Shown here one piece after another: positions 1-9,872 of a DNA stretch of 49,530 nt. Location of the stretch: assembly GCA_040222015.1 (NCBI GenBank), contig JAVJWO010000142.1, positions 1-49,530 of the forward strand, in the 5' to 3' direction. The DNA is from Coleofasciculus chthonoplastes F2-STO-03. GTDB lineage: Bacteria; Cyanobacteriota; Cyanobacteriia; Cyanobacteriales; Coleofasciculaceae. Below the pieces are notes generated by a model that was not told the origin of the DNA, searched no databases, and saw only the letters and a program-made list of their open reading frames with translations. A program made the translations under genes and the position numbers. Numbering within the stretch: the stretch's first letter is position 1; the number at the start of each line of letters is the position of its first letter.

Positions 1-115
1 CCCCCCTGCTACCCCCCCTCCCCCTCCGACCCCTGCTCCCCCTGCCCCCCCCGCACCCCCCGCTCCCCCTGCTCCCCCTGCTGCCCCTGCTCCCCCGGCT
101 TCCCCACCTCCCCCA
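1..115. repeat. C-rich ~9-mer tandem array (CCCCCTGCT-type)
   Basis: Degenerate ccccctgct/ccccctccc units directly downstream of the hydrolase stop codon. Confidence 0.9.
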
Positions 116-122
116 CTATCGG

Positions 123-1286
123 TTACGAATAAGTCGGAATCGGCGGTAAATCTGGTGCTTCCTCAAGGTTGCTCATGTTATCCTCATCAATCTCACCTGT
201 CGTTAGGAAGCGGAAGGTTTCCTGATACAAACTCTTCCAGAAACGATTCGTCATTCCCTGACTCACTTCTGTCGGGTCTACCATAGGATGAGGCACAAGG
301 TCACTCGCTGGATAGAGATAGTAGTGGTGTCCTTTGTCTTTACCACCTAATTGATTAAAGAATCTCTGGTTGGTTTTCAGATCAGCCGCGTCTTCGTTCT
401 CGGTTAATACCAAAAATGTCGGAATAGTCTTTAACGTTTCTTTGTTTTTATCACTCCGAACAAAAGCACCAAAACGGTTAGCAGCGGTCAAACAGCCTAC
501 CGGAAAACTAACATTTTGTTCCCAAGAAAATTCTCTCAAGTCTAAGGGACCCGTGAGGTTAATGTAACGCTCATTAATTTCATTAGACACTTCCAAAAGT
601 GGAGCATACGCTACCACCTTTTTAATTCGGTCTGGTCGAGACGCCGCTAGTCCGAGGGCAACGGCACCACCGACAGAGAGTCCTACCGTATAAACCGGTC
701 CTGGCATTGCCTCTAATTCTGCCAGACGTTCCTGTGCATCTGTCAAATACTTCATATGAGACGACGTGAAATAGCGATCAAAATCTGGGTCATTGGGTCG
801 CTCAATTGCCAATGCCATATCTAATAGCTGGGGTGCCATTTTGATAATCCGACCAATCAGCGCCATCTTCTGAAACGTGGTCAATCGTTGAAATTGCCCT
901 TGCGATTTATTATCACGATTGGACAAGAAAAGGTCTAAAACGGCATCTTTTCGGACTTCATCACGGAGGGGATCACGAAATTCTGGCTTGAGGTCAACTT
1001 GGGGCCAATAACTATCGGGTGGAATAAACCCATGACCCGCCAAAGGAATTTGATAAATATTGAACCCGTTGCGGAAGAGGTAGTCACCCACCAGAAACAT
1101 TTGCATCGGTTTAGCTGAAAAGCCGTGAAAGATCATCACTGTTCCACGAATTGATTCTCCCGGTTCATGCATCTGATAAAAGGGAGCAACTCCTTCGCGT
1201 TTGTATGGATAAGATATCCAAGAAATGTAGTAGTTTTCAATCGATTTTTTGGTTTGAGCAATTTGATCAGCCGTTGGAGTAATCAT
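123..1286 (-). CDS. Alpha/beta-fold hydrolase (esterase/lysophospholipase-like)
   Basis: FHGF oxyanion motif, GLSVGG nucleophile elbow, candidate Asp (ENED) and His (VPHP). Confidence 0.85.
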   Translation of the reverse strand: MITPTADQIAQTKKSIENYYISWISYPYKREGVAPFYQMHEPGESIRGTVMIFHGFSAKPMQMFLVGDYLFRNGFNIYQIPLAGHGFIPPDSYWPQVDLKPEFRDPLRDEVRKDAVLDLFLSNRDNKSQGQFQRLTTFQKMALIGRIIKMAPQLLDMALAIERPNDPDFDRYFTSSHMKYLTDAQERLAELEAMPGPVYTVGLSVGGAVALGLAASRPDRIKKVVAYAPLLEVSNEINERYINLTGPLDLREFSWEQNVSFPVGCLTAANRFGAFVRSDKNKETLKTIPTFLVLTENEDAADLKTNQRFFNQLGGKDKGHHYYLYPASDLVPHPMVDPTEVSQGMTNRFWKSLYQETFRFLTTGEIDEDNMSNLEEAPDLPPIPTYS

Positions 1287-1327
1287 GGTGTTTGCGTGTT
1301 GAGTGTTGATTGTTGAGTGTTGATGGT

Positions 1328-1391
1328 GTCGGGGTGGGTTTGACGATTACCGATTCTGGACTCACCCAAATGTAACAAAACCCGCCCCGAC
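1328..1391. repeat. ~64 bp REPIN/MITE-like element (GT[AC]GGGGCGGGTTT...AAACCCGCCCC[GT]AC family)
   Basis: Terminal inverted repeats gtcggggtgggttt / aaacccgccccgac; related copies elsewhere in the window. Confidence 0.8.
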
Positions 1392-1518
1392 TGTTGCTGC
1401 GCTGCGCTCAAGGACATGGTTTTGAATGAACTCGATAATTCTTTGAGCGCGTATTGCCGTTCTCAATTTTTAGGGACTACATGAATTAATGTCACCCAGA
1501 GGCAAGTTAGGAAAGCGT

Positions 1519-2622
1519 CTACATCTCTCCGTATTTATCTAACAGGGATTTAAATTTTTCCAGATTTGCAGGTCGGTAATCGAAAACTTTTTGCCAACGT
1601 TGTTTAACACTCTCATGCAGATCATCAAAGTCATCACTAACGTCGCGAATCTTGCGTCCAGTTTTTAATGTTAATCGACCGATAAAACTCTGCGGCTCAT
1701 TGCTAAACATGATAGTTGAGTCAGGGTAAACGCCATATTTGTTGGCATCAGCATCATATTCGATGACGCTTGGATCAAGTTCCAATCCCAGACGTTGTTG
1801 CTGACGCAGTTGTTCAATGGAGTCAATCATCCACTGCAACGCTCCATCGGAGAAACCAACTTGTTCTTGAGATCCACCGCCCACTGATCCATGAACACCG
1901 GGAAACCAGACTTGACGCAGGAATTGATCCACGGGCTGACCCTTATATTCGCTCCTGCGGCTTTTCTGCATGGGTGTGACATAGAAAACCTCACGCTGCT
2001 CATCAATAGCAACAGCGTGTAGCGCATTCTTAATAATCGGACTTAATGAGGTATCGTGAAAGGCGTATTGTTGGTTAATCTTTCGGTCTAAGGAGAGAGA
2101 AGCCGATAAATCTGGGATTCCCAGGGCACCAACGGTATCCCAGCAGGCAAGAAGCGTAATCGGAACTTGCTCAGCCTTATTTTCTTGGCGAAACTTTTCC
2201 ATCTTGTAGGCATCGGGTTTATCCTCACCCTTACGGGAGCGATAGTTCTCGTAAGCTTCAGGAGCTTTGCGAATCTTTTCTCGCGGTAATAGTCCTGAAT
2301 TAAAGATCATTCCGGCTAAACTGCGAACGGTATAAGCACCGCGACTGAACCCAAACAAATAAATTTCATCACCGGGTTCATAGTTTAAGCAAAGAAAGCG
2401 ATAGCCATCTTGTATATTGCGATCAATTCCTTTGCCAAACGCGCCACCCAAAATCTTGGCAAATGGGTTTTCTGTCCCAATTCCCTCATCATAAAAGACG
2501 AGCTGGGGAATAGTTTGACTACAGGTTGCTTTAACCGCTTGGGCAATCTTAACCACATTAGTTGGATAAGGACTTGTTAGCTTCTGCCAGGTGCCGTCAC
2601 AACAAACAACTAAACGCTTCAT
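1519..2622 (-). CDS. DUF2235 family alpha/beta hydrolase (Tle1-like phospholipase catalytic domain)
   Basis: CCDGTW, TNV, GFSRGA, WDTVG and WFPGVHGSVGGG motifs. Confidence 0.9.
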   Translation of the reverse strand: MKRLVVCCDGTWQKLTSPYPTNVVKIAQAVKATCSQTIPQLVFYDEGIGTENPFAKILGGAFGKGIDRNIQDGYRFLCLNYEPGDEIYLFGFSRGAYTVRSLAGMIFNSGLLPREKIRKAPEAYENYRSRKGEDKPDAYKMEKFRQENKAEQVPITLLACWDTVGALGIPDLSASLSLDRKINQQYAFHDTSLSPIIKNALHAVAIDEQREVFYVTPMQKSRRSEYKGQPVDQFLRQVWFPGVHGSVGGGSQEQVGFSDGALQWMIDSIEQLRQQQRLGLELDPSVIEYDADANKYGVYPDSTIMFSNEPQSFIGRLTLKTGRKIRDVSDDFDDLHESVKQRWQKVFDYRPANLEKFKSLLDKYGEM

Positions 2623-2691
2623 TGATTATTTATCCTCAAAAAAAATGAATGGGTATAAACGGTAGATTTTCCCTTGGCTATAATGACTGAT

Positions 2692-3225
2692 TTAAGGATC
2701 TAGGATGAACCATGTTAGTAGGATTGAATCAATCAGTAATGCCCATAACACTATATTTCCCCAAAATGATGGGGGTTGACGAAATTGTTCTCGTTTAACC
2801 AGCAAAGACACGCCTCCTTGATTATCCGCGAGGAGATCATCATTAATAAAAAAGCTGACTTCGCTGCCAAACTTTAGTGTAAAGGAAGTGTTTTGGGCTT
2901 TAGAGCGGGCAATTTCTGGTGTTGCATATACACCTGTTGTCGGTACGCTCACGATAAATTCACTGGAGGTTATGGTATAGTCATTTGTCCATCCAGTTGT
3001 ACAATTTTCGCCGTTTTCATCACATTCATAGACGAACCCCCAGCGACTCCATGCGTCATACATTCCGCCTTGAGATTGATCAATAAACTGAACTTCATAG
3101 GTGCCAGGTTTTAAATATTTAATGACGGGGTTGTCATTATTGTTAACTCGTGCATCAATATTAATAATCGTGACATCACGAGAACGAGTCAAAACTGATT
3201 GCCCGGATTGAGATTGGCTGGTCAT
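2692..3225 (-). CDS. Hypothetical beta-rich protein with C-terminal membrane anchor, possibly lectin-like
   Basis: 177 aa ORF; ND..DNxG motif (FFINDDLLADNQGG); hydrophobic C-terminal segment. Confidence 0.65.
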   Translation of the reverse strand: MTSQSQSGQSVLTRSRDVTIINIDARVNNNDNPVIKYLKPGTYEVQFIDQSQGGMYDAWSRWGFVYECDENGENCTTGWTNDYTITSSEFIVSVPTTGVYATPEIARSKAQNTSFTLKFGSEVSFFINDDLLADNQGGVSLLVKREQFRQPPSFWGNIVLWALLIDSILLTWFILDP

Positions 3226-3475
3226 AGTTCACCCTCTATAAATTCTGCTGGCTACTTGCTCAAAAAGACAGTTCAGCTTAATGAATCACTAACACTCAAG
3301 TTTCTATAATGTCTGATGAGTTCCCCCTAAGCCAACATTCGTTTGTGTTTCTTAATGAAACCTGTTCAGGACTTACGCAACTACACCATTTATAGTAACA
3401 ATGGTGCGTTACGCTGGGCTAACACACGATGGCGGCGTGACCCTCCTAAAATAGGGCTTTGTTTGTAGTGGCAAT

Positions 3476-3505
3476 GGTGCGTTACGCTACGCTAACGCAC
3501 CCTAC
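3476..3505. repeat. REP-like palindrome ggtgcgttacgctacgctaacgcaccctac
   Basis: Hairpin ending in CTAC (GTAG on the minus strand); partial copy near 3403 and split copy at 21331-21400. Confidence 0.75.
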
Positions 3506-3636
3506 ATATACAGCCTTTGCGATTAAGGTCTAAATGCTGAACGGCTGATTTTTCCTTAGTGAAAGAAGGCAGAAATAACTGAACAGCTAACATCTCCCTA
3601 GCTCCCCTGAGTCAGGGGAGATGAGGGATAGAGTTA

Positions 3637-5739
3637 TCACGCTTCGTTGGCAAATGCGATGTAAGCACTACCTGCATAAGGGCGTCTTTGAGCATCTGCA
3701 TTATGTGCCCCGGTGATGACGACTCCATCACTGAGGGCAACGGTATACCCAAACTTGTCTTTGGGTTGCACCTCCGGGGAGTATAGGGTTTGTTTGTGCT
3801 GCCATGTGCCGTTTTCTAACTGGAAAATGTAGGCGCTTCCGGCATCAGAAGTCCCCACGACAGCAACTTGTCCCTGAATCGCAACTGAACAGCCGAAGCC
3901 ATAGCGACACTGTAAATCAGCAGGTTGCAGCTTCTGCTTTTGCTGCCATAGTCCGTTTTCCAGGTGGAAAATGTAGGCAGCGCCAGTATCGGGATAGCTT
4001 TGGGCATCGACACCATAGGCACCGACAATCGCCACCTCGCCACTGAGCGCGATCGCATTCCCAAAATTATCCCCATAGTGTAAGTCAGTAGGTTGCAGTT
4101 TTTGTTTTTCTACCCACACCCCATTCTCTAACTGGAAACTATAGGCACTCCCAGCAAATTGACCGCCATCTGCCTTGGTAAGACGCGCCCCGACGATCGC
4201 GGTTTCCCCACTAATCGCCACCGCACCCCCAAAACTATCCCCGCGCTGTAAGTCAGCAGGTTGCAGCTTCTGTTTTTGTTGCCACACTCCGTTTTCTAAC
4301 TGGAAAATATAGGCACTCCCAGCTTCGGGACGACTTTCGGCGTCTACCGTATAGGCACCAACGATCGCGAAATTGTCACTAATCGCCACCGCACTCCCGA
4401 AACAGTCATTCCCCTGTAAATCAGCGGGTTGGAGTTTCTGTTTTTCTATCCACACCCCATTTTCCTGTTGGAAAATATAAGCGCACCCAGCATTGGGGCG
4501 ATCGGGCGCATCGGTAAAATAGGCACCCACAATTGCCAGATTTCCCTGAATCGCCACGGCATTGCCAAAGACATCTTGACGCCCAAACCCAGGCGGTTGC
4601 AGTTTCTGTTTTTCTGTCCACACACCGTTTGTGTGTTGGAAAATATAGGCACTGCCCACAGCCGGAGAGCCATTCACTTGAGCCAGACGCGCCCCAATAA
4701 TCGCCGTCTCGCCACTCATGGCAATGGCGCTGCCAAAGATCCCTTTTTCGGGTAAATCCGGGGGTTGTAGCTTTTGTTGAGGCTGCCAGGTTGGGCAGGG
4801 TATGACTAAAGGCATCCAGGCTTTGACGGAGGTGAACCCAGAATTATTCAGATTTTCAATAACTGAATCCGGAGACGCGCCTTTATATCCGACAATTGAC
4901 CAAGCTCCCCGAAATTCCAAGTGATCAATCAGACGGCTACCGATCGCACGACAGGCATCTTTGGCAGCTTCGGAGAGATTGACACTGGCATCATCTTTAA
5001 GTGCGATCGCGACAATTTTCCCATCGGGTATCGCTTCAATCTGTTGGGCAAAGACATCAGCAACAGACGCATCCGCAAAGAAGTCAAACGAACCACTCGA
5101 CAGGGGCTTGCCAGTAGCCGGTTCAAACACCACCACATTTAACCCCCGCTGATATCCGCCCGGAATCGGGATCACAGATCCATTGCGGCTAATATGAGCC
5201 AAAACGCCGTACTCTCCAGCCGCCGATGTCGCCGAAATCGTCGCCGTGTTCGCGAAAATGGAGGGGAGTGTAAAGGAACGAAAACAAGTGACGCCATGCT
5301 CATCCGATAACGCTTCAGTCGCCGTTCCCGGTGTCGCTCCCTTTTGACCAATCATCGCCCAAGAACTGCGAAATTGTAGATAATAAACCCAATAAGCACC
5401 TAAAGCAGCACAGGCATTTTTCGCCCGCTCATCCAGATAGACAGTCCCCTCATCCTTCAGCGCGATCGCTACAATTCGACCAACAGGTAGACTCTCCATC
5501 CATTCCGCAAACGCGATCGCACAACTCGGATCACCAAAGGTATCAAAGGTAGCGCTCCCCAGCTTTTGACCCGTCACTTCATGGATAACCGCCACATTCA
5601 GTCCGCGATTGTACGGATCAAACCCGAATTCTTCGTCATTGACAGTAATCAGAGCCGAATTTCCCTGGTTACCAGCGGCAGACTGCACTGTGATATGGAG
5701 ATGGGCTTCGTTATGGTTCATTCCTTTGTCATTTGTCAT
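3637..5739 (-). CDS. Tandem ILEI/PANDER (GG) domains fused to a 7-repeat FG-GAP beta-propeller
   Basis: Two RGLNV..FD..IALKD..FRxxW..IGxKG units, then seven WxxKQKLQP..FGxAVAIxG...GA repeats; true start may be the Met at 5721. Confidence 0.85.
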   Translation of the reverse strand: MTNDKGMNHNEAHLHITVQSAAGNQGNSALITVNDEEFGFDPYNRGLNVAVIHEVTGQKLGSATFDTFGDPSCAIAFAEWMESLPVGRIVAIALKDEGTVYLDERAKNACAALGAYWVYYLQFRSSWAMIGQKGATPGTATEALSDEHGVTCFRSFTLPSIFANTATISATSAAGEYGVLAHISRNGSVIPIPGGYQRGLNVVVFEPATGKPLSSGSFDFFADASVADVFAQQIEAIPDGKIVAIALKDDASVNLSEAAKDACRAIGSRLIDHLEFRGAWSIVGYKGASPDSVIENLNNSGFTSVKAWMPLVIPCPTWQPQQKLQPPDLPEKGIFGSAIAMSGETAIIGARLAQVNGSPAVGSAYIFQHTNGVWTEKQKLQPPGFGRQDVFGNAVAIQGNLAIVGAYFTDAPDRPNAGCAYIFQQENGVWIEKQKLQPADLQGNDCFGSAVAISDNFAIVGAYTVDAESRPEAGSAYIFQLENGVWQQKQKLQPADLQRGDSFGGAVAISGETAIVGARLTKADGGQFAGSAYSFQLENGVWVEKQKLQPTDLHYGDNFGNAIALSGEVAIVGAYGVDAQSYPDTGAAYIFHLENGLWQQKQKLQPADLQCRYGFGCSVAIQGQVAVVGTSDAGSAYIFQLENGTWQHKQTLYSPEVQPKDKFGYTVALSDGVVITGAHNADAQRRPYAGSAYIAFANEA

Positions 5740-5829
5740 TGGTCATTCGTCATTCGTCATTGGTCATTCGTCATTGGTCATTGGTCATTTGTCATTCGTC
5801 ATTCGTCATTTGTCATTCGTCATTTGTCA
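5728..5829. repeat. STRR heptamer array (GTCATT[TGC])n
   Basis: About 14 tandem heptamers. Confidence 0.95.
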
Positions 5830-5912
5830 AGTCGGGGCGCGTTTATTTACATCTGGGTGTAACCGAAAAGATAGTAGTGATACTAAGTTGCATTCAAAGA
5901 TATAACTTTCCC

Positions 5913-5976
5913 TTCCCCTGCTTCCCCTGCTTCCCCTGCTTCCCCTGCTTCCAGACGCGCCATGGCGCGTCTCTAC
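5913..5976. repeat. TTCCCCTGC 9-mer array plus REP-like palindrome agacgcgccatggcgcgtctctac
   Basis: About 4 nonamers followed by a perfect 20 bp palindrome. Confidence 0.9.
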
Positions 5977-5978
5977 AA

Positions 5979-8582
5979 CTACGCCTTATGCTTCAGCGCC
6001 TCCAGCACGGTGGGGGGAACTTCCAAATAGGTGTACGAATTGTTACGATCCCTTGACACCAAGAACAGCGTATCGCTGTCGGTGGGAATATTAGTCGTCA
6101 CTCGTACCGTTTCCGAGTCGGCTAGAGGTAGCCAGTCCCCACTTGCGGTGACATATCCCAACTCAGCCAGGTAATCCTGATCCGCTGACGGAAACGTGAG
6201 CAGCACATAATTCTCTGAACCATGACAATCATAGTCCTGGACACAGTGGGAACGATAGCGATCTGGATCTAAGCTGTCGGAAACATCATATAGACGCAAC
6301 CGCAACGTTTCTCCCCCTTGGCGCTTTAAGGCTTGAATCTGATTCGGAGCCAATTCCCAGTAAGCATAGGCATTTTTGCCACTGTAAGGGACTAAGAATA
6401 GACGACTGTGAGAGGGACTAGGGGAATGGGAAAGCCAGGTTCCTTCACCATGATGACCCATCCCTCTGTCTCCTGGAAGAACATTGCCCGTCCCGAAAAT
6501 CGGCGTCACCCGCACAGTTTCCGATCGCGTCAACGGTAACCAGTAGCCTTCACGGGTTAAGTAACCCAGTTCCACTAAATAATCCCGGTTCTCAGCGGGT
6601 AAGGACAATAGTAAATAGTTTTGCTCCCCCTGACATCCAAACTGTTGTAGCATCGGGGGCTGATCCCGCTCTGGGTTGGGACTATCGGTGACATCATACA
6701 GACGCAACATCAGCTTTTCTCCCCCTAAACGCTGGAGGGATTGGGCTTGAGCGGGGGCAATGTCCCAATAGGTGTAGGCATTTTTCCCATCATAAGGAAC
6801 TAAAAATAGGCGACTGTGAGCGGAGGCTGGCGGGTAATATCCTCCGCCATACCCAGATGGGGAAGGTGGTGCGATCATCGTCGATGGTGTCGCTGCTGGG
6901 TAGGGCGATGGCGTGAGCCAAGCTTGTGGGTTGGGAGATGCTGTAACGGCGGTACTGGTGGGAATTGTCGGAGCAACCCGCACCTTGTTCGAGGTAGCCA
7001 AGAGCAGCCATTCTCCGCTTGGGGTGAGATACCCTAACTCCGCCATATAGTCCCGATTTTCTGCGGGTAGCGTCAACAGGATATAGGGAGGTTGAGGCTC
7101 ACAGCTAAACTGTTGGAGCAGATAGGGGGGCTGATGGGGCGAAATCAGGCTGTCGGTGACATCATAAAGCCGTACCACCAGATCTTTGCGCGGACGCTGG
7201 AGATTCTGGATATGGGCTGGGGCTATGTCCCAATAGGTGTATGCGTTTTTGCCATCGTAGGGGACTAGGTGTAAACTGCTGTGGACTGGGGCTGGTGCTG
7301 GGGCTGGTGCTGGGGCTGGCACTGGGGCTGGCACTGGGGCAGCAACTGGGGTGGGAGGTGGAATAGCTACGCCCCCTCCCCCTGTGTTTATTGGTGTGCT
7401 ATTCGTCGCCATTCCCCCACCGAAAGGACTGCGTTTTGGACGATCATCGTCATCATTGTCCCGATCTTTCAGCAGCCAGACGAGGAAACCGCCAGCTAGA
7501 AACGAAAGGGCGATGAGTAACGGTATCCACCAGGGAATCAGTCCGGGTGGCGTGGCTTGGGCATTTCCATCGACCTCATCAACTTCTCCGGGTGCGGCGG
7601 CTTCGGGAGAATTGGGTGCATTCGGTGCCTGGGCTAGCTGGGGTGCGGCGGTGGGTTCTTCGATCGCGTCTTCTGGTTCTGTGGTGGTTTCGGCAACGGC
7701 TTCGTCAACCACCTCCTCATTGGTGGGATCTAAAGCATAGCCGATAAAGGCTTCTACCGCAGGCGTTGCCGGTTCTTTATAGGCATAAGACAGGGATTGG
7801 GAAAAAGGATAGCGTTCATCGTCGGGAAAGACTTTATGCATGGGGATGATTTTCACATCCTGGCGATCAAAAACTTGATCCGCGATCGCATATCCAATCC
7901 CGCCAGCGTTTTTCCCCAGTTCCTCAATCACGGCATCGGTACTATCTCGATCCACCCGGGTGGTATTGGCTCCGGTTCTAAACGATGCCGCTTTAAACAC
8001 ATCGTAGCGTTGAAACGCCCGCCGGGTATCACTATACTCCGGGCGATCAATCAGTTGAATCGGTCCGGGTTCACCCCCTAGTTCTGACCAATCGGTAATT
8101 TCACCTCGGAACACCCGGGAAAAGTCCTCAAAGGTAATATCTATTTCACCATAAGGACTATTGGGTCCGACGAGAATGGCAATCTTTTGCCGACTTAAGG
8201 GAATTTGCACTAATCCTTGTGCCTTTTCTACCTCTGTTAACGGGCGTCCGATCGCCGCCAGGTCAATCTCTTCATTCACCAAGGCTTCTAATGCGGCGGT
8301 ACTCCCAGCGGCATTGAGTTGCACCTCACTCCCCGGATACTGTCGCTCAAAGCGCTCTTTTAAGGCTTGATTCACCTTTGCCATACTGCTAGAACCATCC
8401 AGCCGCACTGTTGTACCACGGGGAACAGACTCCGGTACCTCGAATTCCTCCGGTGAAACCTGAGCCAATACCGGATTTAGCCGCAGGGCGGTGAGTCGGA
8501 ACTGAGGCGTAACCGTTCCTACGGTGAGAAATAGGATAACGGAAGCGATGAACGCCTCTTTTTTACTGAACCTCTGCATCAT
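5979..8582 (-). CDS. PstS-like substrate-binding domain, TM helix, Pro-rich linker and three DUF4912-like repeats
   Basis: N-terminal hydrophobic leader; LDGSSSM/GSTAAL/IDRPEYSDTR PBP motifs; WWIPLLIALSFLAGGFLVWLL TM; three SRLFLVPY.GKNAY.YW repeats. Confidence 0.85.
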   Translation of the reverse strand: MMQRFSKKEAFIASVILFLTVGTVTPQFRLTALRLNPVLAQVSPEEFEVPESVPRGTTVRLDGSSSMAKVNQALKERFERQYPGSEVQLNAAGSTAALEALVNEEIDLAAIGRPLTEVEKAQGLVQIPLSRQKIAILVGPNSPYGEIDITFEDFSRVFRGEITDWSELGGEPGPIQLIDRPEYSDTRRAFQRYDVFKAASFRTGANTTRVDRDSTDAVIEELGKNAGGIGYAIADQVFDRQDVKIIPMHKVFPDDERYPFSQSLSYAYKEPATPAVEAFIGYALDPTNEEVVDEAVAETTTEPEDAIEEPTAAPQLAQAPNAPNSPEAAAPGEVDEVDGNAQATPPGLIPWWIPLLIALSFLAGGFLVWLLKDRDNDDDDRPKRSPFGGGMATNSTPINTGGGGVAIPPPTPVAAPVPAPVPAPAPAPAPAPVHSSLHLVPYDGKNAYTYWDIAPAHIQNLQRPRKDLVVRLYDVTDSLISPHQPPYLLQQFSCEPQPPYILLTLPAENRDYMAELGYLTPSGEWLLLATSNKVRVAPTIPTSTAVTASPNPQAWLTPSPYPAATPSTMIAPPSPSGYGGGYYPPASAHSRLFLVPYDGKNAYTYWDIAPAQAQSLQRLGGEKLMLRLYDVTDSPNPERDQPPMLQQFGCQGEQNYLLLSLPAENRDYLVELGYLTREGYWLPLTRSETVRVTPIFGTGNVLPGDRGMGHHGEGTWLSHSPSPSHSRLFLVPYSGKNAYAYWELAPNQIQALKRQGGETLRLRLYDVSDSLDPDRYRSHCVQDYDCHGSENYVLLTFPSADQDYLAELGYVTASGDWLPLADSETVRVTTNIPTDSDTLFLVSRDRNNSYTYLEVPPTVLEALKHKA

Positions 8583-8733
8583 AAGTACCCTTGAGTCTAA
8601 TTAAAATTGATAGTTTATTGAGTTAATTTGTTTTAGCGATTAAAGCATAAACACTGAATTAAGTCGGTGGGGACAATTAAGTTTAATGGCATTGAAATAA
8701 TCATGAGGGAATCGCCCAAACTTTTGATATACC

Positions 8734-8754
8734 GTAGGGTGGGCATTGCCCACC
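8734..8754. repeat. REP-like palindrome gtagggtgggcattgcccacc
   Basis: Same ~35 bp context at 22990-23010 (inverted) and 43953-43973. Confidence 0.85.
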
Positions 8755-8873
8755 AGCTTTAAGTCAGTGACAATCATAAAACTAAATATTTATAAAAAAT
8801 CATAGGCTGTCAATCATTGATTATTTAGGCTTATCCTCTTGAGTTAACGAGTTGAGTTGAACCCCAGAACGTT

Positions 8874-9776
8874 CTAGATCCAGAGTCTCAAACTGACTAC
8901 CTGATCATGACTCAATTGTTCAATCCCTAAATTTTCACTCCTATCTTTATATCCCACAATCGCCCAAGAACTGCGTAATTGCAGATGGCGAATCAGGCGA
9001 CTACCAATGGATTCACAGGCTTGCTTTGCCCGTTCGGAAAGATTGACAGAGGCATCATCTTTAACCGCAATGGCAATACCGTGCTCCGGGGAACACTCTT
9101 CAATCAGTTGGGCAAATGCGTCGGCATTCTCCGGATTAGCAAATAAATCAAAAGAACGACTGAAGGCTTGGGTTTTATCACGGCGATCAAAAACAACAAC
9201 ATTCAATCCCCGTTGATATCCTCCTTCTATGCCTATCTCTTCCTTATTCCAGGTGATTTGGGCAAAATTTCCCTGATTTACTCCTGCTGATATCACGCCT
9301 AAGCTAGGACGCTGGACAGTATCCGCAGAGACAGAAAGTAAACGAGAACAGATCACATCTGAATAGTCCGATAATTCTTCTTGGGCGATTCCGGGTTTAG
9401 CATCTTTTTGACCAATTAGCGCCCAAGAGGTGCGAAATCTCAAACAGTGAACTTGCCGACTACCCAGGGATTGACAGGCGCGTTTAGCCCCCTGACTCAG
9501 GTTGGCACTTGCCTCATCTTTAACCGCGATCGCCACAATTTGACCACTGGGCAACTGTTCAATCAGATCAGCAAATCGGTCGGCATTTCCGGGGAAAAAG
9601 GTATCAAATGTGGTGCAAACTAAGGGTTGTCCTGTTGCTTCATCGATAACAGCAACATTCAGTCCGCGACTATAGTGAACAAATCCAATTTCTTGGTCGT
9701 TTAGGGTGATCCGGGCTGAGTCACCCATGAATCCACCTGCCGATTGAACCTTTATTGTTACTGGTGAAGAAGTCAT
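8874..9776 (-). CDS. Tandem ILEI/PANDER domain protein
   Basis: Two complete ILEI-like units (RGLNV, FDT/FDL, VKDE/VKDD, [FL]R[TS]SWA); paralogue of the N-terminus of 3637-5739. Confidence 0.85.
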   Translation of the reverse strand: MTSSPVTIKVQSAGGFMGDSARITLNDQEIGFVHYSRGLNVAVIDEATGQPLVCTTFDTFFPGNADRFADLIEQLPSGQIVAIAVKDEASANLSQGAKRACQSLGSRQVHCLRFRTSWALIGQKDAKPGIAQEELSDYSDVICSRLLSVSADTVQRPSLGVISAGVNQGNFAQITWNKEEIGIEGGYQRGLNVVVFDRRDKTQAFSRSFDLFANPENADAFAQLIEECSPEHGIAIAVKDDASVNLSERAKQACESIGSRLIRHLQLRSSWAIVGYKDRSENLGIEQLSHDQVVSLRLWI

Positions 9777-9872
9777 TTAAATTAATTAGAGTTGATGCAA
9801 CCGTCAAAGGATGTTCGTAGTCGGCACGAAGCGTGCCAGAAACGCCAGAAGCGCTAAAGCGCTTACTACAAA

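Noticed and set aside
1519..2622. Type VI secretion effector locus
   Set aside because: No vgrG, PAAR, hcp or immunity gene nearby; DUF2235 is common outside T6SS
5566..6056. ORFs of the SFVIGHW/SLVIGHW type (also 16533-16727, 39795-40162, 48224-48409, 19240-19455)
   Set aside because: Translations of STRR, 9-mer or GATCCCCCT repeats
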